From positions 355,738 to 419,737 of the forward strand of contig CAWDUP010000004.1 in assembly GCA_963805505.1 (NCBI GenBank): DNA of 64,000 nt, given 5' to 3'. Below are positions 1 through 11,761 of this stretch, piece after piece. Position numbers and translations under genes: made by a program. This stretch comes from an uncultured Actinomycetota bacterium (lineage in GTDB: Bacteria > Actinomycetota > Actinomycetes > DATJPE01). The first letter of the stretch is position 1, and each line of letters begins with the position of its first letter. Under the pieces are notes generated by a model that ran no database searches, had not been told where the DNA came from, and was given only the letters and a program-made list of their open reading frames with translations.

Positions 1-129
1 GCTGGCCGGAGATCTGCCGGGCGGCTCCTCATGAAGACCGGGCGCCGATCCCACGTCGACGAGTGGTGCCGAACGGGGCGATCTGGGCGTCTCGACTGAC
101 CCGTTCGATGCCACTCGTCAAGGTCGCGG

Positions 130-315
130 CTAGGCCACCGGAGGCAGCAAGTTGACGAACCAGAGCTTGCAGCCGTGGCCGACCCGATAGATGGCTGAGT
201 AGCCGTCCTTCACGGCCAGCTCGAGTTCTTCGTTCAGCTGCAGGCGGCGCTCCACGGTGTACGCCCAGCCTTCCAGCGGCCCGTCCCCAGCGGTGTACGC
301 AACGCGCATCGGCAC
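130..315 (-). CDS. small hypothetical protein (61 aa)
   Basis: Intact ORF with GC-rich third codon positions and GGAGG about 8 nt upstream of the ATG. No family recognised. Confidence 0.4.
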   Translation of the reverse strand: MPMRVAYTAGDGPLEGWAYTVERRLQLNEELELAVKDGYSAIYRVGHGCKLWFVNLLPPVA

Positions 316-399
316 AGCCTCCAGACGCTCGTGAAAACAGGGACTTCGACCCCGGCGACGGCCGTCTTGAGCCTGCAGCCGAACGGATTCGACCAGGCC

Positions 400-1080
400 C
401 TAGGGCGCGAGCCTTTCGACCGACCAGGGCCGGTCCGCAGCGGCCCGGGTGAAGCGCAGCCGGTCGTGCAACCGGTCGCGCCGCCCCTGCCAGAACTCCA
501 CGGTCACAGGCACCACCCGAAGACCACCCCAACCGGCCGGCAACGGCACCGAATCGGCGTCGGGAAAACGGGCCTGGGCGTCTTTCCAGCGGTTGTCGAG
601 GTCTTCTCGCGAACCCACGACTTGTGACTGGGGGCTCGCCCACGCCCCGAGGCGGGAGCCGTACGGGCGCGAACGCCAGTAGGCCTCGGTCTCCTCCCGG
701 CTGACGTCCTCCACATCTCCGACGACGACGACCTGCCGCTCGAGCAGATACCAGGGGAAGACGAGGGAGACCCGAGGATTGGCCGCGATCTCCTGCCCTT
801 TGCGGGAACCGAGGTTCGTGAAGAAGACGAAGCCACGCTCGTCATAACCCTTGAGCAGAACCGTGCGGGCGCTCGGCCGCCCGTCGGCGGACGCGGTCGC
901 CACAACCATCGCGTTGGGCTCGACCACGCCCTCCTCGAGTGCGGTCGCCAGCCAGCCTTCGAACTGCGACCACGGGTCTGCGGCAAGGTCCTTCTCGCTC
1001 AGACCTGCCGCGCCGTAGGTCCGGCGCAGGGCCTGAACATCGACCTGAGAATGGCTGCCGGAACGGCGCTGGGAACCCAC
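400..1080 (-). CDS. pdxH: pyridoxamine 5'-phosphate oxidase
   Basis: The translation contains PdxH-like blocks: VVATASADGRPSARTVLLKGYDERGFVFFTNLGSRKG, VEFWQGRRDRLHDRLRF. The start is set at the in-frame GTG at 1080; the ORF extends to 1161. Confidence 0.88.
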   Translation of the reverse strand: MGSQRRSGSHSQVDVQALRRTYGAAGLSEKDLAADPWSQFEGWLATALEEGVVEPNAMVVATASADGRPSARTVLLKGYDERGFVFFTNLGSRKGQEIAANPRVSLVFPWYLLERQVVVVGDVEDVSREETEAYWRSRPYGSRLGAWASPQSQVVGSREDLDNRWKDAQARFPDADSVPLPAGWGGLRVVPVTVEFWQGRRDRLHDRLRFTRAAADRPWSVERLAP

Positions 1081-1215
1081 CCGTTCAGCGTGGCACACGT
1101 GAGATGCGGTTGAATCGAGGCCACGCGGGTCCCTTCCAGGTGCCCTCAGACAGTGATGCAACGTAGCGTGGGCGGCCCCAAGGACCGTGGCGCAGCGACG
1201 GAGGAGACGACACGC

Positions 1216-2352
1216 ATGTCAGATTTCGTACCCGGACTCGAGGGCATCATTGCCTTCGAGACCGAGATCGCCGAACCTGACCGCGACGGTGGCTCCTTGC
1301 GGTATCGCGGCGTCGACATCGAGGACTTGGTCGGCCGGGTCTCCTACGGGCAGGTCTGGGGGTTGTTGGTCGACAACGAGTTCAACCCCGGCCTGCCGCC
1401 CGCGGAGCCGTTCCCAATCCCGATCCATTCCGGTGACGTACGCGTCGACGTGCAGTCAGCCATCGCCATGCTCGCTCCTGCCTGGGGCCTGAAGCCATTG
1501 CTGGACATCGATCACGACGAGGCCCGAGAAAACCTGGCGCACGTCTCCGTGATGGCGCTGTCCTTCGTGGCGCAGTCAGCGCGCGGCCTCGGCGAGCCGA
1601 TGGTGCCGCAGGCTCGCATAGACGAGGCCCAGACCATCGTTGAGCGCTTCATGATCCGGTGGCGTGAGGATCCTGATCCCAAGCACGTGGAAGCCGTCGA
1701 CGCCTACTTCGTGTCGGCCGCCGAGCACGGGATGAATGCCTCCACCTTCACTTCCCGGGTGATCGCCTCGACGGGCGCCGATGTCGCAGCTGCCATCTCC
1801 GGGGCCGTGGGGGCCATGAGCGGACCACTGCATGGTGGAGCGCCCTCTCGGGTCCTGGGCATGATCGAGGAGATCGAGCGCCGCGGAGACGCTGGCAGCT
1901 ATGTCCGGGAGTTGCTCGATCGTGGCGACCGACTGATGGGTTTCGGCCACCGGGTCTACCGAGCCGAAGACCCGCGCGCTCGTGTGCTGCGACGTACGGC
2001 CAAACTGCTTGGCGCCCCCCGCTACGAGGTCGCCGAAGCCCTGGAGAAGGCCGCGCTCGAGGAACTGCGCGCCCGGCGCCCCGACCGAGTGCTGGAGACC
2101 AACGTCGAGTTCTGGGCGGCGATCGTGCTGGACTTCGCCGAAGTCCCCGCTCACCTGTTCACCTCGATGTTCACCTGTGCTCGGTTGGCCGGCTGGAGCG
2201 CGCACATCCTCGAGCAGAAGGAAACCGGTCGCCTGATCCGGCCGTCGGCCCGCTATGTAGGGCCAGCGCCGCGCAAGCCCGAGGAGGTCCCCGGCTGGGA
2301 CCCGGTCATGGTGGCACCGTCCGGATACACCCTCGCTCCGCCCACCACGTAG
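1216..2352 (+). CDS. citA: citrate synthase (type II / CitA-like)
   Basis: Has the GFGHRVYRAEDPRA citrate synthase signature, and SARYVGP near the C-terminus. ATG at 1216 follows GGAGGAG. Confidence 0.9.
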   Translation: MSDFVPGLEGIIAFETEIAEPDRDGGSLRYRGVDIEDLVGRVSYGQVWGLLVDNEFNPGLPPAEPFPIPIHSGDVRVDVQSAIAMLAPAWGLKPLLDIDHDEARENLAHVSVMALSFVAQSARGLGEPMVPQARIDEAQTIVERFMIRWREDPDPKHVEAVDAYFVSAAEHGMNASTFTSRVIASTGADVAAAISGAVGAMSGPLHGGAPSRVLGMIEEIERRGDAGSYVRELLDRGDRLMGFGHRVYRAEDPRARVLRRTAKLLGAPRYEVAEALEKAALEELRARRPDRVLETNVEFWAAIVLDFAEVPAHLFTSMFTCARLAGWSAHILEQKETGRLIRPSARYVGPAPRKPEEVPGWDPVMVAPSGYTLAPPTT

Positions 2353-2527
2353 TTCACCGGCCTTCCAGGCGCACGTTCGTGCAGTCGCCCGTGACCTGTG
2401 AGCCGTCGCGCGAGCGCACCGGAGGTGGGATCGGCTGTGGTACTAGTGCCATCGTCCGATGGCGTAAGGCACCGCTTGGCGCGGGTAATGGGGGGCAGCA
2501 CACAATCGCCTGACCCGAGGAGCACCC

Positions 2528-2842
2528 ATGCAGCGCCTGCTCGCCTTCAGCGTCGTCGCCGCAGCAGCAGTCGTAGCGGCCGTGGTTGGGCTCGCCGGAA
2601 ACCCGTCCTTCGCGGAGACAGTCCCGGTGCGCGTGCCAGCACACGCCCACCTCGAGGATGACGCCGGTGGAAAGTCGAACTACCTCGAACCCGGCGACGA
2701 CAAACATGACGAATCAAGGCACACCGAACACGACGACTCAAGACACAATGGGGCCGGCTCCGCACACCATGGAGACGACGACTTCGAGCACCACGGAGGC
2801 GACGACTCTAGACACAGTCGGGAGGGCTCAAGCCACTCGTGA
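2528..2842 (+). CDS. secreted His/Asp-rich small protein (104 aa)
   Basis: GAGGAG lies before the ATG. N-terminal signal peptide (MQRLLAFSVVAAAAVVAAVVGLAGNPSFA). The mature part carries HDESRH / HDDSRH / GDDSRH repeats and 17 His. Its stop overlaps the GTG of the next gene (GTGA at 2839-2842). Confidence 0.6.
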   Translation: MQRLLAFSVVAAAAVVAAVVGLAGNPSFAETVPVRVPAHAHLEDDAGGKSNYLEPGDDKHDESRHTEHDDSRHNGAGSAHHGDDDFEHHGGDDSRHSREGSSHS

Positions 2843-4275
2843 CAGGGACGTCTGAGAGCACGGGATCCGCAGAGACCGCTTCGGCCTCCTCGGCTCTTCC
2901 TCCTCCCCTGCGCCAGGCCACCCCATGGGTCGTAGTGACCGATGGCCCCGGCCGGCCAGCACTTGGTCACCAGCCGGTGCGGATGCGCAGAATCTTCATA
3001 CAGGTCATCGCGGCTGCGGCCGTGGTCTTGGTGGTCGTGGCTGTCGTGGGGGTATTCGCAAGCCGTCGCGTGGCGGAACGGCAGTCGGTGAATGCTGCCG
3101 CCCAGACAACTGACCTGCTTGCCGACTCGGTAGTTCAGCCGGCCATCGAGGACGGCCTCCTGGCCGGTTCGGCAGCCGCGTTCGACAGGCTCGACGGAGC
3201 GGTGCGCTCATCGGTACTCGGCCCGAGGGTGGTGCGGGTCAAGGTCTGGACACCTGAGGGACAGATCATCTACTCCGATGAGCCAAGGATCGTCGGCGAG
3301 ACTTTTGACCTCGGGGAGGAAGAACGCTCGGTTCTGAAGTCGCCGACGACGCACGCCGAGGTCAGCGATCTCACCCGCCCGGAGAACCGCTACGAAACGG
3401 GTCGAGGCAAGCTGCTCGAGGTCTACCGGCCGATCTGGACGCCGAGCGGGCAGCCGCTCTTGTTCGAGACTTACATGCCATACGACTCGGTAACGACAAG
3501 GACCGGTGAGTTGTGGCGCGGGTTCGCCGGGATCACGCTCGCGAGCTTGCTGCTCCTGATCGCGCTCATGCTGCCCATTCTGTGGCGGCTGTTGGACCAG
3601 GTGAACAAGGCCCGAGATCAGCAGGTGGCGCTTCTTGAGCACGCCGTGGACGCATCCTCGGACGAGCGGAGGCGCATCGCGGCGACCCTTCACGACGGGG
3701 TCGTCCAGGAGTTGGCGGCGGCGTCCTTCGCCGTGTCCGGGGCTGCGGAGCGTGCCGCAACAGACGGGAGGCGAGACCTAGGCGAGGTGCTGACAAGCGC
3801 GGCGGCGGCAGTCCGCGGGACTATCGGAGGACTCCGCTCACTCCTTGTCGATATCTACCCGCCGAGCCTGCGCACGGCTGGTCTAGTCGCGGCGCTGACC
3901 GACCTGGCAGGCACCGTGCAGTCCCGGGACATCGACGTCCGCCTGGACGTGCCCGCGGACAACATCACCGGCCTTGATGAACAGCAGGAGCGCCTCGTCT
4001 TCCGGGTGGCGCAGGAGGCGCTGAGAAACACGGCCAGCCACGCCGCAGCCAGTCGCGTCGAGCTCGCGCTCGTCATAGCCGGGGACAAAGTGCTGCTCAC
4101 AGTGTGCGACGACGGGATGGGTTTCGACGTCAACGCCACACTCCGCAGCCCGCCCGAGGGCCACCTGGGATTGAGGGTCATGAGAGATCTCGCCGCACAG
4201 TCCGGCGCCCGACTGGAGGTTTCTTCGGCGCCAGGTGCCGGCACCTGCTGGAAGCTGACGATTCCCCGCCGATGA
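2839..4275 (+). CDS. sensor histidine kinase (HisKA_3 / NarL-partner type)
   Basis: Two TM segments flank a ~150 aa extracytoplasmic domain. H-box ERRRIAATLHDGVVQEL and a HATPase region (DDGMGF, GLRVMRD). The start could instead be ATG 2983 (MRRIFIQ). Confidence 0.85.
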   Translation: MTGTSESTGSAETASASSALPPPLRQATPWVVVTDGPGRPALGHQPVRMRRIFIQVIAAAAVVLVVVAVVGVFASRRVAERQSVNAAAQTTDLLADSVVQPAIEDGLLAGSAAAFDRLDGAVRSSVLGPRVVRVKVWTPEGQIIYSDEPRIVGETFDLGEEERSVLKSPTTHAEVSDLTRPENRYETGRGKLLEVYRPIWTPSGQPLLFETYMPYDSVTTRTGELWRGFAGITLASLLLLIALMLPILWRLLDQVNKARDQQVALLEHAVDASSDERRRIAATLHDGVVQELAAASFAVSGAAERAATDGRRDLGEVLTSAAAAVRGTIGGLRSLLVDIYPPSLRTAGLVAALTDLAGTVQSRDIDVRLDVPADNITGLDEQQERLVFRVAQEALRNTASHAAASRVELALVIAGDKVLLTVCDDGMGFDVNATLRSPPEGHLGLRVMRDLAAQSGARLEVSSAPGAGTCWKLTIPRR

Positions 4276-4907
4276 TCACCATCCTGCTCGCCGACGACCA
4301 CAGCCTGGTGCGCGCCGGGCTCGCTGCACTTCTGGATGGCACCGATGATCTTCGGGTTGTCGGACAGGCGGAGAACGGTCGACGCGCCGTGGAACTCTCC
4401 GGTGATCTCAGACCCGACGTCGTCTTGATGGATCTGTCCATGCCGGTCATGGACGGAGTTGAGGCAACCAGGGAACTGCTTCAAGCCCAGCCGGACAGCA
4501 TCGTTGTCGTGCTCACTTCCTTCTCCGACCATCAGCGGGTCGGCGAGGCGCTGCGTGCGGGTGCAGTCGGCTATCTCCTCAAAGACTGCGACCCGGGGGA
4601 TCTACTGGCCGCTGTCCGCGCTGCAGCACAGGGCCACGCGCCGTTAGACCCGCGAGTTGCCCGAGCCCTCCTTCCCTCGGTCAACGCTGCATCGCCGGCT
4701 GCGGGCATCAGCGCCCGCGAGATGCAGGTCCTTCGTCTTGCCGCCCGCGGACTCGCCAACAAGCAGATCGGCCGGTCGCTTGGCATCAGCGAACGCACCG
4801 TCAAGGCACATCTAGGGAAAGTGTTTCGACACATCGGGGTGAGCGACCGGACGAGCGCAGCGCTGTGGGCACGCGAGCACCTCCCGCCAGAGGACGACGG
4901 GGCCTGA
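4272..4907 (+). CDS. response regulator, NarL/LuxR family
   Basis: Receiver domain (ITILLADDHSLVRAGL ... DVVLMDLSMP) plus a LuxR HTH (REMQVLRLAARGLANKQIGRSLGISERTVKAHL). ATGA overlap with the kinase stop. Confidence 0.9.
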   Translation: MITILLADDHSLVRAGLAALLDGTDDLRVVGQAENGRRAVELSGDLRPDVVLMDLSMPVMDGVEATRELLQAQPDSIVVVLTSFSDHQRVGEALRAGAVGYLLKDCDPGDLLAAVRAAAQGHAPLDPRVARALLPSVNAASPAAGISAREMQVLRLAARGLANKQIGRSLGISERTVKAHLGKVFRHIGVSDRTSAALWAREHLPPEDDGA

Positions 4908-5068
4908 TACCTGGTCGTCGCCCTGAAAGCTGCGAGGACCTCTTCCGGTTCGGCCGACGACGGGTACCTGTGACTGGTCCTACGACCATTGCCCAATGGC
5001 GTACCCGACCCATGTGCCTCGACGCTCATCGAGGAACAGCAGTTTCGGACCAATGAGGGAGCACAACG

Positions 5069-5464
5069 ATGAGCACGAAGAAGATCAACGGAATGGCACT
5101 GGTCGTAACGTTCGCAGCGCTGGCCGTGCCGATCGCGCTTGCCGGACCAGCCCAGGGCAAGGGTTCGGACGCCGTCAGAGCGCAGGGCACCTGCTCCAAC
5201 GGCGCCACATGGAAACTGAAGGCAAAGCACGATGATGCACGGATCGAATGGGAGTTCGAGGTCGACACGAACCGTTCTGGTCAGGTCTGGTCGGCAAAGG
5301 TCACTGACAACGGGAACAAGGTTTTCGCCGGCCGACGAACCACTCACGGTCCGAGCGGTTCCTTCAGCATCGAACGCAGGACGGCTGACCGAGCCGGCAT
5401 CGACACCATCAGGGCGACCGCCACCCGTGGCGGTGCTGTCTGCTCCGCCAAGGTCAAAGTCTGA
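5069..5464 (+). CDS. secreted hypothetical protein (131 aa)
   Basis: GAGGGAG RBS. Signal peptide ending ALAGPAQG. Two Cys in the mature part. No family recognised. Confidence 0.55.
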   Translation: MSTKKINGMALVVTFAALAVPIALAGPAQGKGSDAVRAQGTCSNGATWKLKAKHDDARIEWEFEVDTNRSGQVWSAKVTDNGNKVFAGRRTTHGPSGSFSIERRTADRAGIDTIRATATRGGAVCSAKVKV

Positions 5465-5605
5465 CTCAAAGTCCAGGTCCGGTCCTGGCGGGCATCCCTC
5501 CGCCAGGAACGGTCCGCAGCCGAGCGTGAGCTGCGCAGCTCTACCCGCAGGGCCGGAGCCTAGAACCGGCTCTCGTGTCGTGCCATCCACAATCTTGGAG
5601 AATCC

Positions 5606-6094
5606 GTGACCGATCTCGATGCCCAAGCGACGAACGGAAGTCCACCACGCCTCACCGTGGGAGGCCCGAGTCGCCGAACCGTAATCCTCACCGGAGGCAT
5701 GCTTGCCGCGGCGGCCGCCACCGCCGCTTGCAGCTCGAGTGGCTCGAACATTTCAACGCCCCCGCCGACGGCCACCGGCCCCGCGTCAGCCGACCCAGAT
5801 GCGGGGGCGGCGACAACTGTGCAGACCCGAGATATCCCCGTTGGAAGCGGTGAAATCTTGGCTGATCAGAAGATCGTCATCACGCAGCCGACCGCGGGGA
5901 CGTACAAAGCGTTCACGGCTGTGTGTACCCATCAAGGCTGCACAGTCTCGTCAATCGCCGACGGCGCGATCCAATGCCCGTGTCACGGCAGCCAGTATTC
6001 AATCGCCGACGGCTCGGTGCTCGGCGGTCCAGCGCCACGGCCGCTTGCAGCACTACCCATCACCGTGTCCGGCGCCACCATCACCGTCGGCTAG
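5606..6094 (+). CDS. Tat-exported lipoprotein with Rieske [2Fe-2S] domain
   Basis: Twin-arginine motif SRRTVI followed by lipobox AACSS. Rieske ligands CTHQGC ... CPCHGS. Confidence 0.85.
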   Translation: MTDLDAQATNGSPPRLTVGGPSRRTVILTGGMLAAAAATAACSSSGSNISTPPPTATGPASADPDAGAATTVQTRDIPVGSGEILADQKIVITQPTAGTYKAFTAVCTHQGCTVSSIADGAIQCPCHGSQYSIADGSVLGGPAPRPLAALPITVSGATITVG

Positions 6095-6185
6095 GAAGGC
6101 GCCGCTGCTCAGCGCTCCCAGCTGGTTGATCAGTGATAGGCCGCCAACGCGGTTCGACTCGCTTCTTTGGGTTGTGCCCGGCACC

Positions 6186-6989
6186 ATGCCTGACATGGAC
6201 AAGGCATCTGCCAACCCGCTGGTAGTTGCGTCACCGGCGGCGCCTTCGACGGCGGCGGCGAGATCGAGAGGGGCTAGAGGTGTCTCGTCGACCTTCCTGG
6301 CCGTCGCCGTGGCCCTCGCGGTCGCGTCGTGCAGCCAGCCGACGTCGGCGCCGGCAACATCCGCGATTGGCGACGATGGCGCCGCTACGACGATCGTCAG
6401 TCCAAGCGCCTCCCTCGAACCCGTGACGCCGTGGCCAAGTCCGAAGCCCAGTGACGTAGGAAGACCAGGCTTGCGTTACGAGCTCCTCGACATGTTCCGC
6501 GAGGACCAGCAGGAAAGAACCGGCTACGGTTTGCCGCCGGGCACCAAACTGGGACCGACACATGACGCCACTCGCATGCTGAGACTCAAGGAGATCATCG
6601 CTCGTTTCGGGTGGCCGACCTGGGATCTGGTGGGGCATGACGGCGCCGAAGCCGCCTGGCTGATCGCCCAGCACGCCGACTTCTCCGTGCACTTCCAGAC
6701 CAGGGCCTTGGCCCTGATGACCGAGGCAGTGGCCGACGGTCAAGCAGACGCCACAGACCTGGCATACCTGGAGGATCGGGTCGCGGTGAATCGCGGGAGA
6801 CCCCAGACCTACGGCACGCAGATCCGCTGTGACGGCGGCGAACCACGACCCGCGACACCGCTGGCGGACAGCCATGGCGTGGACGCTGCTCGTGAGTCTG
6901 TCGGCCTCGGGACCTTGGCTGACTATTACGACGAGCTGGCACAGATGTGTGCCGACGAATCCGCAGACGGCAACAGCCCAGCCAATTGA
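6186..6989 (+). CDS. lipoprotein, DUF6624-like
   Basis: Lipobox AVASCSQ. C-terminal block WPTWDLVGHDGAEAAWLIAQHADFS ... AYLEDRVAVNRGRPQTYGTQ. The family name is from memory. The upstream part of the track ORF (5703-6185) overlaps the Rieske gene and is rejected. Confidence 0.6.
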   Translation: MPDMDKASANPLVVASPAAPSTAAARSRGARGVSSTFLAVAVALAVASCSQPTSAPATSAIGDDGAATTIVSPSASLEPVTPWPSPKPSDVGRPGLRYELLDMFREDQQERTGYGLPPGTKLGPTHDATRMLRLKEIIARFGWPTWDLVGHDGAEAAWLIAQHADFSVHFQTRALALMTEAVADGQADATDLAYLEDRVAVNRGRPQTYGTQIRCDGGEPRPATPLADSHGVDAARESVGLGTLADYYDELAQMCADESADGNSPAN

Positions 6990-7168
6990 GGGGCACCTCC
7001 ATTTCGCGCTAGGTGCGAGGCATTCCTCATCGAACGAACCAAGGGAGCCCCACCATCGGGTGGGGGTAGGTCGCGGCCGACGAGGCGTGCGAAAGCCTTT
7101 GCTCGCATCCCAGCCATACTCAAGGCTGATCAGCCAGGCGCCCTTCGACGCGATAGGGGATTCAACGC

Positions 7169-7549
7169 ATGACCCGTGACATCGTGTTCACTTCCACTGC
7201 TGCGGCACCGCCGCCGACCTACAGTCAGGCCGTCAAAGCCGCGGGGCTGATCTTCGTCTCCGGGACGGCCCCTGCCGATCCAGCCACGGGCGCGCTCGTG
7301 GGCGAGACCATTCAGGAGCAGACGCGGCAATGCCTGACCAACGTCAGCGCCATTCTCGAAGCGGCCGGCAGTTCGTTGGACCGCGTCGTCAGCGCCACCG
7401 TCGTGCTAGCCGATGAGGACGACTTTGCTGGCATGAATGAAGAGTGGCTGCGCTGGTTCCCGTCGGATCCGCCGGCGCGTCAGGGCGCGAAGCTACCGGC
7501 GCGAGTGCCCGGCCTCAAGGTGTCCATCGCGGCGATCGCCGAAGCCTGA
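7169..7549 (+). CDS. RidA/YjgF family reactive-intermediate deaminase
   Basis: 126 aa with the typical blocks YSQAVKAAGLIFVSG and EQTRQCLTNVSAILEAAGSSLDRVV. Confidence 0.85.
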   Translation: MTRDIVFTSTAAAPPPTYSQAVKAAGLIFVSGTAPADPATGALVGETIQEQTRQCLTNVSAILEAAGSSLDRVVSATVVLADEDDFAGMNEEWLRWFPSDPPARQGAKLPARVPGLKVSIAAIAEA

Positions 7550-7561
7550 GTGCAACCTGGC

Positions 7562-9515
<1,954 letters not shown>

Positions 9516-9533
9516 GCCGTCGGTTGGTTGCGC

Positions 9534-10649
9534 CTAGCTCGAGTGCGAGCGCCTGCGCCGTACGGCGGCTGCCCACGCGAGCCCTCCACCGAGGAGCAGG
9601 CCGGCGGCTCCTACCCAGAGAATCGACCAGCCGGAACTACCTTCCCGCGCGGGAGCGAGAGCGTCGTCGGGGGGAGCCTCACCACTCGTCGGTGCCGGTT
9701 TCGGTGAAATTGACGGCGACTCAAGCTCAGTCGCGGGCACGGGCACCCGCCAGACCGCACTCCGCTCGCCCTCACTCCCGACGAGCACCGCAGAACCATC
9801 GAGCTGCCAGGTCAGGGACTCCCCCTGGGGCTGCAAGGGAAGCGCCAGGCGGGTTGCCTTCTTCCCGATGCCCGGCGCCACGGTCGCGCCCAGGTAGCCC
9901 CGCAGCGCCACTCGCCCATCCGGCGCGAACGCGCCGTCCGTCAGCAGCGGGCCGGCCGAGGCGACCCGCGTCAACTGGTTGACCTGGCCAGCCCGCAAGC
10001 TCGCAGGTGCCTGATAGATCGCCGCACCCTGAACCCGCTTCGAGACCACATAGAGCCGGCCACTCCTCGGATCAACCAGCAAGGTCTCGGCGTCGCGTGG
10101 TCCGTCGGGGTAACGAAGGTCGTAGGCCGTCCAGGCGGCCACTTGGTCCTCGGCGACGGTCGGCTCAGCTACCCGATAGACCCGGATCGTTGGCCATACC
10201 GAGTTGTTGTCACCGATGTCTGCGGCCCAAAGCCAGCTCCTGCCACCTGGCCGAGGCCCCACCGACACGGCCTCCCAGTCGCGGTTGGCCGCCCCGTCAA
10301 GTCGCACGGTCAGCGCCGTACGCCCATCCGGACCTACGCCGTAGACCTCCGGCTCTCCTCCGCTGTCGTTGACCGTCCAGAGGACGCCAGGCAGGCTTCG
10401 ACTGGCCGCGAGCCCGCTGGACTCCTGGATCCGCGGATCACGAATAGTGAGCTGCTTGGTCGTCGCCTGCTGCGACGCCTCGGTTGCATTCGCGGGCGGC
10501 ACAGCGGGCATGACGAGCAACCCGACGCCCAGCGCGACAACGGCTGGCCAAGGTCCGCGCCTCGAGCGACTCAACGGTCGCGAGCCGCGGCGAGAACCGG
10601 AGCGAGCTCGGGTTCGAGCAGGTCCTGAAGGCGGGGTCTGACAGCCCAC
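9534..10649 (-). CDS. secreted beta-propeller-like protein with C-terminal TM anchor
   Basis: Signal-like N-terminus. ESSGLA...WTVNDSGG motif (SdiA-regulated / phytase-like propeller flavour). C-terminal hydrophobic helix plus RRRRSHSS tail. The start is uncertain because the ORF overlaps the upstream gene by 79 nt. Confidence 0.55.
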   Translation of the reverse strand: MGCQTPPSGPARTRARSGSRRGSRPLSRSRRGPWPAVVALGVGLLVMPAVPPANATEASQQATTKQLTIRDPRIQESSGLAASRSLPGVLWTVNDSGGEPEVYGVGPDGRTALTVRLDGAANRDWEAVSVGPRPGGRSWLWAADIGDNNSVWPTIRVYRVAEPTVAEDQVAAWTAYDLRYPDGPRDAETLLVDPRSGRLYVVSKRVQGAAIYQAPASLRAGQVNQLTRVASAGPLLTDGAFAPDGRVALRGYLGATVAPGIGKKATRLALPLQPQGESLTWQLDGSAVLVGSEGERSAVWRVPVPATELESPSISPKPAPTSGEAPPDDALAPAREGSSGWSILWVGAAGLLLGGGLAWAAAVRRRRSHSS

Positions 10650-11761
10650 TTCTCCGTGAGCTCGAGGTAGTCCCTGGCCCGTGATGGATCGAAGGGCGCC
10701 TCGGTTCGGACCGCTCTGATCAGGGTGTTGCGGGGAGTGTGCCGCGACCCGATGAACTCGATCACCTCGACCCGATAACCGAGCAACCGCAGCACTTCTG
10801 CCCGAAGCGCATCGGTCAGCACGTCGGCAAATCGCTCCCTTAAGATGCCCTGCCGGGTCAGCATCGCGTACGGCTCCGGCGGCATCGCGCGAGCCAGCTG
10901 GGCCTGCAGGTCATGGTGGCAGCACGGCGCCGCCAGAATGATCGGCGCCCGCCACCGGACGGCTCGCGCCAACGCGTCGTCGGTGGCCGTGTCACACGCG
11001 TGCAGTGCGAGGACGAGCTGCAAGGTGGCTGTCCCCAGATCGAGCGCCGCGTCGATGATCGTCGATTCGACGAAGCTGACGTCGCTGGCCCAACCGAGCC
11101 GGTCGGCGGCAGCCTGGTTGTGCTCGCGCGCCTGGGCCTTGATGTCCACCCCGACCACCCGGGTGGGCCGGTCGCGGTTGACCGTCAGGTGCCGGTAGGT
11201 CGCCAACGTCAAGGCGGCGTTGCCGCAACCCAGATCGACCACTCCCAGCGGACGGTCGCTCGCGGGGGGCACCACAGGGTCGAGTGCGCGCAAGAACGCC
11301 TCAACCTGTCGCCGCTTGTCGGCATCGGCGGAGACGACGTCGAAAACGGGATCTCCCGCCGAAAGGAGATGACCGGCGGCTCGGTCATGCGCGGTCTGCT
11401 GCGTTCGCTCGGCCGCGGACCGGTGAACCTGAGCTTCTCCCTTCTTGGTCACTCGAAGCTGCACGGTCTGGTCGAGCGTCTCGACGTGCCAGTTGCCGTA
11501 CGCCTCCGCCAACAGTTCATCCACGACGACCTCAGCCTCGGGGCCGTACGCCAGATGCTGGGTCGTCGTCTGTACGCCGTCCCAGGACGCGATCAGCAGC
11601 CGGCGCCCCTTCTTCAGTTCCACCGGTCGAATCTCGACGCGGGCGGCAACCGGCCGCGGAAAACCCTTGCGTCGGCCGGCGCCGACCGCACGCACCAACG
11701 CAGCCGGATCCAGGATGGACGTGCGGATGGCGGCAAGCGCGGGCAGCAGTGGTTCCGGCAT
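10571..11761 (-). CDS. SAM-dependent methyltransferase
   Basis: Motif I VVDLGCGNAALTL, VGVDI, and a conserved N-terminal extension. Confidence 0.8.
   Translation of the reverse strand: MPEPLLPALAAIRTSILDPAALVRAVGAGRRKGFPRPVAARVEIRPVELKKGRRLLIASWDGVQTTTQHLAYGPEAEVVVDELLAEAYGNWHVETLDQTVQLRVTKKGEAQVHRSAAERTQQTAHDRAAGHLLSAGDPVFDVVSADADKRRQVEAFLRALDPVVPPASDRPLGVVDLGCGNAALTLATYRHLTVNRDRPTRVVGVDIKAQAREHNQAAADRLGWASDVSFVESTIIDAALDLGTATLQLVLALHACDTATDDALARAVRWRAPIILAAPCCHHDLQAQLARAMPPEPYAMLTRQGILRERFADVLTDALRAEVLRLLGYRVEVIEFIGSRHTPRNTLIRAVRTEAPFDPSRARDYLELTEKWAVRPRLQDLLEPELAPVLAAARDR

Noticed and set aside
1-32. Possible 5' end of a minus-strand gene (ATG at 32 reading out of the window)
   Set aside because: Only 10 codons are visible and there is no RBS. 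The call cannot be supported.
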